Notes: a model not told the origin generated them from the letters alone. A stretch of 63,467 nucleotides of DNA, filler included, from Octopus bimaculoides (GCF_001194135.2; 6 parts of 5 records of this genome joined end to end with filler, not necessarily neighbours in it); one strand, 5' to 3'; numbered from the whole stretch's first letter, positions 23,326 through 34,029 are shown. Made by a program: numbers and translations.

Positions 23326-25608
23326 TTGGGTCATCCCATAAATAATGCAGTTTTTTAAAACTTTTTTTCTTTTTCAAAATTAAGATAAACAAAGTTCCTT
23401 TTTAATGTAAAATATACTCTCCTTCATTTTCTACAATGTTCTTCCATCTATCTGGTAGACTTGCAAGGCCCCTCTTCCAAAATTCACTTTTCCGTGACAG
23501 AAAATACTCCTCCAGTACTGTTCTGACCTTGTCTACAGAATTCATATTTTTTCCATCAAAATGATTTCGAAGACTGCAACATAAATGATAATCAGATGGG
23601 GCAATGTCCGACAAATAAGGTGGGTGGGGCATCATTTCCCATTTAAACTGCTCCAGCCTTTTGAATGTCATCCTTACTGTATGTGACCGAGCATTATCCT
23701 GATGGAAGAACACCTTTCGTCTTGAAACCAAAGATGGTTTTCTTCTAGCGCTGACTTAAGCTGCTCGCTGTAGATCTCCTTTGTTATTGTTTGGTTTGAG
23801 TTTAAAATTTCAAAGTGGACTAAACCTTTCATATCCCACCAAACAGATAGCAACACCTTACATGGATGAAGACCTCCTTTAGCCTGGAGTGCCGGTATTT
23901 ATCCTTTACCTATCCACTGTCTTTGGCGCTTGACATTTTTATAGAGAACCTATTTCTTGCCACCAGTCACTGTTCGGTCCAAAAAAGGTTCATTTGTGAG
24001 ACCTGACAGCAAAGAATTGCACACATTCACTCCCTGTGCACGATTAGACTCGGAAAATTTGTGAGTAACCTATTGACCCAATTTGCTGAATTTTCCGATG
24101 GCATACAGGTGTCGATGAATGATTGAATGACCAAATTCAAGCTTCTCTGCTAGTTCCTCAACTGTTACGATAGGATTTTGTTCCATTAGGGTTTGCAGGA
24201 AGTCTTCGTCAAGCTCTACAGATCTTCCAGGACATGGCTCATCTTCTAGGCTGTAGTTACCGGCTTAGAATTTCTGGAACCGCCGTTGATACTGGCTTAC
24301 GCTTATTGTCCAATCCCCATATACTGCATTAATATTCCTTGCAATTTCTGTTGCGTTGTTGCCTTTCATCATCATCATCATCGTTTAACGTCCGCTTTCC
24401 ATGCTAGCATGGGTTGGACGATTTGACTGAGGACTGGTGAACCAGATGGCTACACCAGGCTCCAATCTGATTTGGCAGAGTTTCTACAGCTGGATGCCCT
24501 TCCTAACACCAACCACTCCGAGAATGTAGTGGGTGTTTTTACTGCACAGGAGCCAGTCCAACGGCACTGGCAACGATCTCGCTCGAATGTCTTTACACGT
24601 GCCACCGTCACAGGTGCCAGGAAGGTGACGCTGGGCACAGGTGCTGTCACGATTTCACTTACTCCAACAGGTCTTTGCAAGACAAGTTTAGTGTCCAATG
24701 AAGGAGACGACGTTGGCTATCCTCATCCATTCTCGCCACAACCATACCAACACAATCGTCTCTCTTGCACACCACATCTGATGCTTCTTAGGTTCAACTT
24801 TTCTCTCAAGATACTTACACTCTGTCTAGTATGGACACTGACATTACACATCCATCGGAGCTTACTGGCTTCATTCCTTGCGAGCTTACGCATGTCCTCA
24901 GCAGTCACGGCCCATGTTTCACTGCCATGTAGCATGGCTGTTCATACACTTGCGTCATACAGTCTGCCTTTTACTCTGAGTGAGAGGCCCCTTGTCACCA
25001 GCAGAGGTAAGAGCTCTCTGAACTTTGCCCAGGCTATTCTAATTCTAGCAGCTACACTTTCAGCGCACCCTCCTCCACTACTAACTTGGTCACCTATCAA
25101 CTAGGTCTAGTTTTTCTCCATGGAATGTAGCCAAAGTTGTTTTCTGCACATTTTCAGTGTTTATTGCTCCTGAACATCTGCCACATATAAAAACTAACTT
25201 CCTGGTTAACCTTCCTTTGATATTGCTGCACCTCTTATGTGTCCATAGCTTGCACTGGGTACATCTTATAGAGTTTCTACCTATGCCTTTTCTACAGATC
25301 GAGCCGGGCCATCTACCTGAAGGGGTTTGTGTTTTGTCTACCTTCCTACTTATTAGGACTTTGGTTTTAGCTAGGTTATTGAACAAAAAGCAAAATATGC
25401 CAAATATGCTACTTTGTCACTTCCATTACAGCTTTGAAGAAATAACTGTTAAAATCGAACTGCACTCTTCAAGACTTACACTAAAAATAAGAACAAGTTG
25501 AAATTACTACCTGCTTTTATAGCAAATTGATGCAAGTAGTTTATCCCATCCCCCTCCAGTTTTTAGTTCATGCAACTGAAAAACCGCATTATTTTGGGGA
25601 TGACCCAA
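23326..25608 (-). mobile_element. Mariner (DD34D) DNA transposon, defective, interrupted by an RTE-type LINE
   Basis: TIRs TTGGGTCATCCCATAAATAATGCAGTTTTT / AAAAACCGCATTATTTTGGGGATGACCCAA, both flanked by TA. Transposase motifs VWWDMKG, HQDNAR-(34 aa)-DIAPSDYHL. 2283 bp minus the ~1011 bp insert gives ~1.27 kb, canonical mariner size. Confidence 0.93.
24367..25377 (-). mobile_element. 5'-truncated RTE/RTEX-type LINE (RT end, PHD-like finger, modular 3' UTR, (GAT)n tail) nested in the mariner
   Basis: NLAKTKVLISRK...SICRKG..NSIRCTQCKLWTHKRC...FICGRC; MLHGSETWAVT...RRLCWYG; continues into the common (GAT)n-tailed repeat. Confidence 0.88.
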
Positions 25609-25624
25609 TATATGTTTATATAAA

Positions 25625-25980
25625 CTAGCACAAGTACCCAGCATTGCCTGGGTTGAAGATAATAATGGGATTTCATTAAAAAATTTGATATACCAAGTTT
25701 TTTCTTAATAATTAATTGATGCATTAAAAAAATTAATCATTAAAATGGTTTTTTTTTTGGCTTCATATATTTTATTCCTTCTTCCTCTTCACCCTCTCAT
25801 CAATTAATCCACCCTTTTTTCTCTCTTTTTTCCATTTATCATACACTTTATTCACAATTTATCTTTTCTCCCTGACATTAATCCTTTTCTCTCTACAACA
25901 CACACACAAACATAACTTCTTTCATCTCTCATACTCTCCTCATCTATCTATCCTCCTTCCCTCATTCATTGCTTCATGTT
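25625..25980 (-). mobile_element. Non-autonomous Helitron 3' end
   Basis: Minus strand reads CCCAGGCAATGCTGGG-TACTTGTG-CTAG|T; distal boundary uncertain. Confidence 0.6.
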
Positions 25981-26100
25981 TGTTTCTCTCATTCTGTCTA
26001 TCTTTCTTCTCCCTCATCTGGTCCCACTTTTTATATGTGTATGTATTCAAAGCTTTTTATTTGTAATAAGGCAACTATTGAAAATAAATTATCATCATCA

Positions 26101-26137
<37 letters not shown>

Positions 26138-26138
<1 letters not shown>

Positions 26139-26414
26139 TTATGTTTGACTTTTGTTTTGCATTTGTACAAGTTGGATCCAAGTCTCACCCAGAGACCTCA
26201 AGAGACAACAAGTTAGAAGTTCATGTAGGTGTTATGCCTAGGGTACCATATATTTGGATTTGTACAGTTTTGTTCAAGTGAATGTTTAAGAAACCACAAG
26301 AAAATTGTTTGTTTTAAAATTTGAGATCACATAGACAGTATTTTACGTAGGATATGGGCAGTTCCCATGAGCACTATCTTTTGAACTTCAACCATTTTGG
26401 GGTTTCCTGGTATC
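26138..26414 (-). mobile_element. 3' end of an R4/Dong-like (restriction-like endonuclease) non-LTR element
   Basis: IPGNPKMVEVQKIVLMGTAHILRKILSM* plus 3' UTR; (ATT)n on both sides. Confidence 0.78.
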
Positions 26415-26417
26415 TTA

Positions 26418-26466
<49 letters not shown>

Positions 26467-26959
26467 GGCAGCAAGCTGGCAGAGTTGTTAGTACACTGGG
26501 CAAAATGCTTAGCAATATTTCACTTGTCTCTACATTCTGAGTTCAAATTCTGCCATGGTTGATAAATTAAGTACCAGTGAAACACTGGGGGTCAATGTCA
26601 TCGATTAGTCCCCTCCCCAAAATTTCAGGCCTTTTGCCTTTAGTAGAAAGGATAATTATTATTATTCTGAGTTCAGATTCCACTGAAGTTAACTGTGCCT
26701 TTTATCTCTTTGGGGTTGATGAAATATGTACCTTCCTACAGCTGTTATAATGACTGTGATGGCATCATCACCTAGAGTGACAGATATTAACCCAACAATT
26801 TGTAATTACAACAGCAAGGGCAATAGTTCAATTCAGTTCAGTTCCTCTTCTTCTCTTGACCACATTGGGTAACAAGTTGACATCATTGGTTTCTTCTCTG
26901 TTAGATGTGGTTTTCTGTACATCTGGCCATGCGATATTGGCCTCTCTCTTGTTGGTTAT

Positions 26960-27135
26960 GAATGTTCTGCACCATGTATTTTCTGCTCGTTAATAGCATA
27001 GTTCTACTAACAATTATGTATACCAGTGGGACATGGAAGAGCACTGTGAAAATCGATAGAAAGCTCAGTGTGTTCCACCAAATATTCTTGAAAAGGATTC
27101 TGAGAACATATTGGCAAGAATTCATAACCATTTTC
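26960..27135 (+). mobile_element. RTE-clade LINE fragment
   Basis: NSIVLLTIMYTSGTWKSTVKIDRKLSVFHQIFLKRILRTYWQEFIT. Confidence 0.7.
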
Positions 27136-27989
27136 ACTCGACTGGTAGTTATCAATCCTCAACAGGATAAAGGGCAAAGTTAACCTCGGCGACATTTGAA
27201 CTATTACAAGAGACAATGCAACACACCACCGCTTGGCAAAATCATTAGAGTAAAGATTAAAACTAACATAGGCCAATAGTACCTGTGTAATTATTTTCAA
27301 TGGAAGAGATTTCCCAGCTTTGCAGTCTCAAGGGAGAACAGTATCTACTACAACAACAACAATAAATAACTGCACAACGCTCTTACCAAAACAATTTGGC
27401 CAAATATTAGGAAACTGGTGCAATTACTACCTGTGCAGCATCAACAAGGCAGCAACAGTGAAAATATCAAGAAACGCTACAGCAAAGCAGCTGCAACTAC
27501 AAGAATTTTGGTAAAACAAGCAGGAGTGGCTGTGTGGTAAGTAGCTTGCCTACCAACCATGTGGTTCCGGGTTCAGTCCCACTGCATGGCACCTTGGGCA
27601 AGTGTCTTCTACTATAGCCTCGGGCCGACCAAAGCCTTGTGAGTGGATTTGGTAGATGGAAACTGAAAGAAGCCTGTCTTATATATGTGTGTTTGTCCCC
27701 CCAACATCGCTTGACAACCGATGCTGGTGTGTTTACATCCCCGTAACTTAGCAGTTCGGTAAAAATAGACCAACAGAATAAGTACTAGGCTTATAAAGAA
27801 TAAGTCCTGGGGTCGATTTCTCGACTAAAGGCGGTGCTCCAGCATGGCTGCAATCAAATGACTGAAACAAGTAAAAGAGTAAAGAGTAATACATTTTTTT
27901 TATATGATTTTGTCCCAAACAAAATTTTAGGCCAGTGTAGTGTAATGGATTACAAAGAAAGAAAAGAAGCCTACAAATTCAAAAAATGT

Positions 27990-28950
27990 CAATTGCGAGA
28001 AAGTTTAAAGGGCTGAATATCAAAGGCCACAGGAAATCGATGGTAGTGAGTTCCAAAGAGAAGCAGTTCGGGGTAAGTTGTTAGAGTAAAAGGAATTATG
28101 ACTAACAGGAAGGCCAACAGAGAAACAATGCGTCTGGAAAGAGAAGCTGGTGATGTCTTTAAAGGTCTTGACTGAAGGCAATAGACCAGAAAGTTCATCA
28201 AAGCAATGACCATAGAAATACTTACAGAAAAGGTACAACAAAGCTACATTTTGTTGCTGAGCCAAAGACACCAGCTTAAGAGAAAGAAGAGAATCCACCA
28301 TGTTAATAATTCAATTCTGAATTTTAAAAAAGCAAGACAATGGTAATGAGTTCCAGAGAGGATCATCATCATCATCGTCGTCGTCGTCGTTTAACGTCCG
28401 CTTTCCATGCTAGCATGGGTTGGACGATTTGACTGAGGACTGGTGAAACCGGATGGCAGCACCAGGCTCCAATCTGATTTGGCAGAGTTTCTACAGCTGG
28501 ATGCCCTTCCTAACGCCAACCACTCCGAGAGTGTAGTAGGTGCTTTTACGTGTCACCCGCACAAAGACCAGCCAGGTGGTACTGGCAACGGCCACACTCA
28601 AAATTGTGTATTTTACGTGCCACCCGCACAAGAGCTAGTCCAACGGCACTGGCAATGATCTCGCTTGAATGTCTTTACACGTGCCAGGAAGGCGACACTG
28701 GGCACAGGTGCCATCACAATTTCGCTTTCAATTTGATAAAAGAAGCTATTAGAATAAAAAGACTTCAGACAAACAGGAAGCTCAGCAGAGAAACTATGTG
28801 CCTGGGAATGGAAGCAGGTGACATGTTTAAAGGTCTTAGCAAAGGATACTAGACTAGAAAGTTCATCAGAACAGTGACCATGGAAATACTTATAGAAGAG
28901 ATACAATGAAGATATATTTTGATGAGTAGAAAGAAGAGGACCCATATAAA
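27990..28950 (-). mobile_element. Two CR1/Jockey-group LINE ORF2 C-terminal fragments (27990-28310, 28735-28950) separated by a family C copy
   Basis: NVALLYLFCKYFYGHCFDELSGLLP...PRTASLWNSLP and NISSLYLFYKYFHGHCSDELSSLV. Confidence 0.75.
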
Positions 28951-29788
28951 CATTTTAACATTTGTGAAAATGGTGGTCTTCAAGCAAAATTGACTGAATT
29001 TGTTCTTTGGTTCCTGTGCATGCAGGTCAAAGTGGACATTAAATTAAATAGAAGTTTGGTGTTGCAAGAATTTCAGGATCTTTTCTGTTCAAATTGATTT
29101 CATATTCAGTGTAATGATGCACCTTTATAGACTAATGAATGCCATGAAAATCATTTTCACCATAAATCAATAAAGAGTTAGCAATTAAAGTTTGAAAATT
29201 TCGTTATTACCGTTTTTATTATTTTATTTTGATGACACTTAATAAAAATGTTTTTGGCATTAAATTAAATCAACTGGAAGTTGTATAATACACTGAAATA
29301 AGACTTCTTGTTTTCATTTAATTGCAATTTATAAAGTAATTTAGTTTCATATATTGTTTCAATAATTGCCACTTTAAAACTATAATGGTGAAAAAAATCA
29401 CTCGATAACAAATGAAAATGGAATTGAGGAAATTTCGGATCACAAAGATGGTTTGGTGGAATTTGTAACCCAGGACACTGAGAGCCGCTATAAGAAGGTA
29501 AGTATTTGGCAGTGGTTGAGTATGGCGGTTATAGTCAGTATTATCTTGTTTGACCAACTAGTCTGGCATAAGATTATTCTGAAGTCATTAGGTTATTTCT
29601 ATACAATGTGGTTTCAGTCTGACTTAATCTTAGCTTCTGAGTTTTTACGATTAGAATTGAACACCACTTACAAAAAGTTTCTATCATGATACTGCAAGAA
29701 AAGAATTGTTACTATAAAGAAAATTTACCATGTTGATGGACGTGCAGCGCTCACCTTACACGCTCCGAGTATACGACTCGGTCTAGGT

Positions 29789-30081
29789 CAAGAGTTTTCA
29801 AACTTTTTGACTTGCGGACCCCTTTATATTTCAGGCTTTACCTTAGGGACCCCCTTATAAACACTTATGAAATTTATACTTAAATATTTGCTTAAAATAA
29901 CATATATTCTTATATTTATTTATTTAACTATTTAACATATAGGTTTATTGTCAATTAAAAGATTTCGATTAAAAAACATATAAAATCAAATTGCCCATAA
30001 AAAGTATTTGCTGTCCACGGACCCCCTGTCTTGTCCTTGCGGACCCCCTGTGGTCCGCAGACCACAGTTTGAAAACCCCTG
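29789..30081. mobile_element. hAT (Charlie-like) MITE, 293 bp
   Basis: TIRs CAAGAGTTTTCAAACT / AGTTTGAAAACCCCTG; 8-bp TSD GTCTAGGT / GCCTAGGT. Confidence 0.88.
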
Positions 30082-30374
30082 GCCTAGGTACATAATTCCA
30101 GACGTAAGTTATTTTCGTTTTTAAAACATTACGATGGATTTTGAGGTATATTTGGCTGTTATTTTTAGTAGAGCGAACGACCTAGTGGAGCTTCTGTAGA
30201 ATGTTCGTCTGTCAGTGTATATATTTAACAAATTATGAATTTCACTCAGTGGATTCTCCGTCAGACTCGACGATGAGCATTTACTTGTTTAACCAACTGA
30301 ATTTCTACCCGTGAAATCAACATGTAAGCGATTGAGTATTTCACAATTACATCTACTCTTAATACAAGCACTAC

Positions 30375-30978
30375 AAGCTCCTCTCAATTCTTTTAGATCT
30401 TCGGGTAGGCACTTCTGTCCAGCCAAAGGATTTTTTGAACATCAGACAATACAACTCTGCATTTCAAATGACATCTTTTGTTGCATCTAAGGAGATAGTT
30501 GAACATGGATTTATGCTAATGTTCAAAGTTCAAGGGCAAGTCTATCACCTCATTGGTTCCCTGTTACCCACAAATGAACAACCACAGTTCCTCTAAATTT
30601 ACTTTATGAGTGATGTAGGACAACAAACCCTAAAGAGATGTCAAAACCCCAAAGATGGGTCATGTTAGATGCAGTGCGGACTACCACAAAGAAGAGTATA
30701 TCCACTGACAGCTTTTCAGTGTATTCAAAAATCATATACCCCCCCCCCCCAAAAAAAAAATTTCCATGACTGGTTAGGGCCTGAAATACTCCAAATGGAC
30801 GAATGATAAGTTGCTCAGTCGAATTAGTCCATCATTTACTCCACAAATGTTTTGTGATCACTGCTGCACTTTTCCGTATCACCTGTTTCAATATAACTAT
30901 AATATATATATATAGATATACATACACACACACACAAACTGTCATTTTATCCCGAGCAACGCCGGGTATCTCTGCTAG
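30375..30978 (+). mobile_element. Helitron internal-deletion derivative (Rep N-terminal fragment plus canonical 3' end); 5' end unresolved
   Basis: FLNIRQYNSAFQMTSF...FKVQGQVYHLIGSLLP...FL*IYFM at 30431-30615; hairpin CCCGAGCAACGCCGGG (30951-30966), then CTAG|T at 30975-30979. Confidence 0.85.
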
Positions 30979-31396
30979 TATAATTATCTATCTCTATATA
31001 TGAATTTTATTTAAAAGGTATTTTTATGCTAGCCATTGATAAAATTCATTAATTTTAATGATTTTATCCTTTAATTATGCTTATATATATATATATACAT
31101 ATACACACACACACAATCACATTTTCTTCTAAATATATTAATTTATAACTGCATCCCCTACCCCCGGTGTTTTTAGCAACGTACAGAGTATTGAAACTGA
31201 CACCAAGTTCACGAGACGCAGAAATTTATTCTATTCTAAATTTAAAACAATAACAATAATAATAAAAAGAACTCTACACTGATACGAAAATAACAAAAAC
31301 GTCAATCCATTTCCGGCTAATTTGGCGGGAGTTTTGCAGTCAACACGAGGTGGTCTGTGTTTATTTCTGCTGTCAAACTGGTCTGCAAATAATTGC

Positions 31397-31496
31397 NNNN
31401 NNNNNNNNNNNNNNNNNNNNNNNNNNNNNNNNNNNNNNNNTTAATTAATTAANNNNNNNNNNNNNNNNNNNNNNNNNNNNNNNNNNNNNNNNNNNN
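31397..31496. other. Artificial scaffold join N44-TTAATTAATTAA-N44; also at linkers 47095-47106, 55859-55870, 59064-59075, 61185-61196
   Basis: Identical all-frame-stop 12-mer centred in 100-bp N blocks, five times. Confidence 0.95.
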
Positions 31497-32455
31497 GGTC
31501 ACTCTATTCTTTGAAATCACTAAATTTGCTTCTTGTTTCCTTTTTCTGCTCTCTCTTTTCTTGAAGTTCTTGACCACTGTGATCATCATCTGCACCAAAA
31601 GTGTCAACAGTAGGTTGATTATTGCTAAACAGAGCACTCATGGTTTGTGCCCTATCATTGAATTCACTAGTGCTTGCATGGCTTGTTTCAGTTGCAGGTG
31701 ACGACAAACTTTTACTTGACATTGTAAAATAGTTTGATAGTTTTTGACATTTAGAAATTTTGTTAGATTGCTTTTCCTTGAGTTGGCATTTCTGGTATCC
31801 GCTTAAGTACTTTCTTGAAGACATTGCTATTCCTCTTTGGGCCTAGACCTCTGTGAAAAAAGAATTGGGGTCTTATTTTCATTAACCACAGTAAGTCAGA
31901 GATCGATCAAGATAAGGGTCCACAATATATATATTTGAAGAATTGTTCATTTTGTACAAGGTGATATTCAAGCAATTTTAAAGTAAAAAAAATGCTTTGT
32001 TACTGAATAGATTGTAAGTCTAAAATTAGGAGGCAAACCCTTTCATCGGTCATTAAATAATGGTGCCCTGCTGAGAAAATAAGGTTTCTTATCGCTGTCA
32101 TGCTGATGTAGTAGTAGACATATTTGATGATAGGAGGGACAGGGCTGCAATTTCCAAAATAATGCGTGCAAAGCGAAGTATCTGCATGTTGTTTGTACTT
32201 TTATTTTTTATACTACTCCCCACCAGCAGAAACAGCAGGTGGAACAGCTCATGGCTAGATACTACATTTCTAGACTCTGCATAGGAAGATGAGATGACGT
32301 TGTCCACTAAGACTGGTAGCAGCAATCTGCATGGCAAAATACAAAAACAAAAAAAATTGATAGAATAAAAAAATAAAGTTGCTTCAGAGGGGCCCCTCCA
32401 GGATTAGGGGCCCTGAAGCTTAAGCTTCATTAGTTTTATAATAGATCCACCACTG
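31497..32455 (-). mobile_element. hAT transposon 5' end with transposase N-terminus (ORF 31504-31824), cut by a scaffold join
   Basis: Terminus CAGTGGTGGATCTATTATAAAACTAATGAAGCTTAAGCTTCAGGGCCCC; ORF start MSSRKYLSGYQKCQLKEK resembles ZMYM1-like hAT transposases; no catalytic core visible. Confidence 0.65.
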
Positions 32456-33960
32456 GGTGAGGGTTGTATTATTGCTAGTAGGTGGGTTAATTTGGGGTGC
32501 AGTGTGAGGGTTTGGTTGTTCTGAGGACTGGTGTTGAAGTTTGCATCTGATAGAGGAGGCAATTATAGATCCCAAATTAGGTGTGGTGGAGTAGGAGATT
32601 TTCACAGATGATTTATTGAAGATAGGGTAGTATTCATGCTATGATGGGAAATTAGATTTTAGGATTTTAAAGAAAAGTTTAGATAGAGATTTAACTTGGA
32701 AAGAGAAAAGTGGTGCGAACCATAAGATTTCCCACTTCCTGGCATTAGAATGTTTAGAGTGTGTGGTTGTAGTGGTGGATCAGGAGGGGGAGGCTTGTAG
32801 TTGTTATAGGTTTGAGGTGGCCAGTAGGGCTGCCAAGTGCGATGTGTAGGGATTTTGTCTTTGAGAGTTGCTGAGTGGAAGAACTGTCTGTAGATTCAGA
32901 GTTGGTATTTGAAAGAGAAGTGATCTTTTAGTTTTAAGCTTAGTATTGGGGATATAATAAACCATTTCATGGAAGTCCCTTATTTGGAGGACCTGATTAT
33001 AGTATGGGGCATGACTGTTAAAAATTTCTTCATTTGCAGATAAGTCGGAGATTCTGATAGATATACCTGTAACAATACTATAAGAATATGTTTAGGGTGA
33101 TTAGATAGGACATTGATATATTGTAAAGATTGGTTGGGTTTATGGAAAGGGTGATATAGATTTGTAATTTAAATCCAGAGTAACACCTAAGAAATTGGCC
33201 CCCTTAGTATCAATTTTGATTGAAATAATCAGGTTATATTTTTTCAAAACTTTGTGTAGGGTTTTCTTGGCGCATCCCACAGATAGTCACGATAATCCAG
33301 TTGCTGGATTATCTTCTCTCATACCTCTCTACATACCTTAGTAATCTCCCTCAACCACTGAACCAGTCAACTTATTTCCCTCAAATAATAGTCATTCCCT
33401 TTCTCATTATAGCCTTCATACAAACTAACACAATACCTAAACCACCCTCCCCTCTTCTTCTTACTTTCCACCTCTTCTACTATAACTCCCTATTAGCTTC
33501 CTTATCAAACCCTAATCCTTGAAATTTATTTTCTTCTGTCACTATTCTCTATCTGAATACCTCCCCAATTCCTCCCTCTAATACATTTAGCTCTCCACAA
33601 AATCATTCCATCTTTGAACTTCTTTCTGTCAACATGTCAAATGTAAGAACTCTTCTCTGAAGATGGAGGCTTGTCTCATCTGATGATGGAATCAATCTAC
33701 AAGTATTATTTAGGACCACCGAGCCCCCAGAAACAGCTGTTGGATTTGTGATATATCTCTTCAACCCTTTAATGCTTGATATCATTTCTATTCTGTGTAA
33801 GTCAAACCTTTTTGTATGTAAACATGCGTACATATTTTGTATTTCATGTATTTAATGTACTTTGTATATTGACCCACCTAACTTGCTTATCTTTAAATAT
33901 ACTTCTCTACCTGCTCAAGTTTAAACCTCTTGCGCACTACTAAGTATATTCTATGCAAAG
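32456..33960. mobile_element. Penelope-like element remains: RT C-terminal part on the - strand (32456-33290), then an oppositely oriented part with an LTR-like tail (33300-33960)
   Basis: NFLGVTLDL, NVLSNHPKHI, ISDLSANEEIFNSHAPYYNQ, ILWFAPLFS, KISYSTTPNLGSII resemble recalled Penelope RT/linker motifs. Confidence 0.78.
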
Positions 33961-33994
33961 AATATTTGATTCTCATCTATGAAATATATATATG

Positions 33995-34029
<35 letters not shown>

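Larger units (their letters stand above)
3474..28725. mobile_element. Dispersed family C: (GAT)n-tailed repeat with GGAAGGGCATCCAGCTGTAGAAAC core (3' UTR of the LINE above). Copies approx. 3474-3803(-), 4215-4352(-), 7681-7784(+), 8824-9101(-), 9286-9767(+), 16543-17000(+), 18913-19103(-), 19220-19572(+), 21058-21408(+), 28363-28725(-); older relatives at 2800-3080, 5265-5430, 9950-10160, 12870-13095, 62645-62900, 63155-63280
   Basis: Near-identical sequence repeated many times with a common 3' end (...catggaaagcggacgttaaacgatgatgat) and variable 5' truncation. Confidence 0.9.

Noticed and set aside
3538-28658. Recurrent [33 protein letters not shown]... (about 10 copies on both strands), which looks like a small-protein family
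   Set aside because: It is the antisense reading of the family C repeat. Starts are GTG/TTG, frames diverge after the shared part and there are no splice signals.
31441-31452. TTAATTAATTAA palindrome recurring five times
   Set aside because: It is an assembly linker centred in N blocks, not biological.
32098-32337. 79-aa ORF or captured exon inside the hAT 5' region
   Set aside because: All plus frames after the candidate acceptor close quickly, and the minus ORF has no recognisable motif.
31497-32455. Fanzor/TnpB-type cargo in the DNA transposons (hAT, mariner, Helitron)
   Set aside because: No RuvC-like motifs or additional long ORFs are visible in any of these elements.
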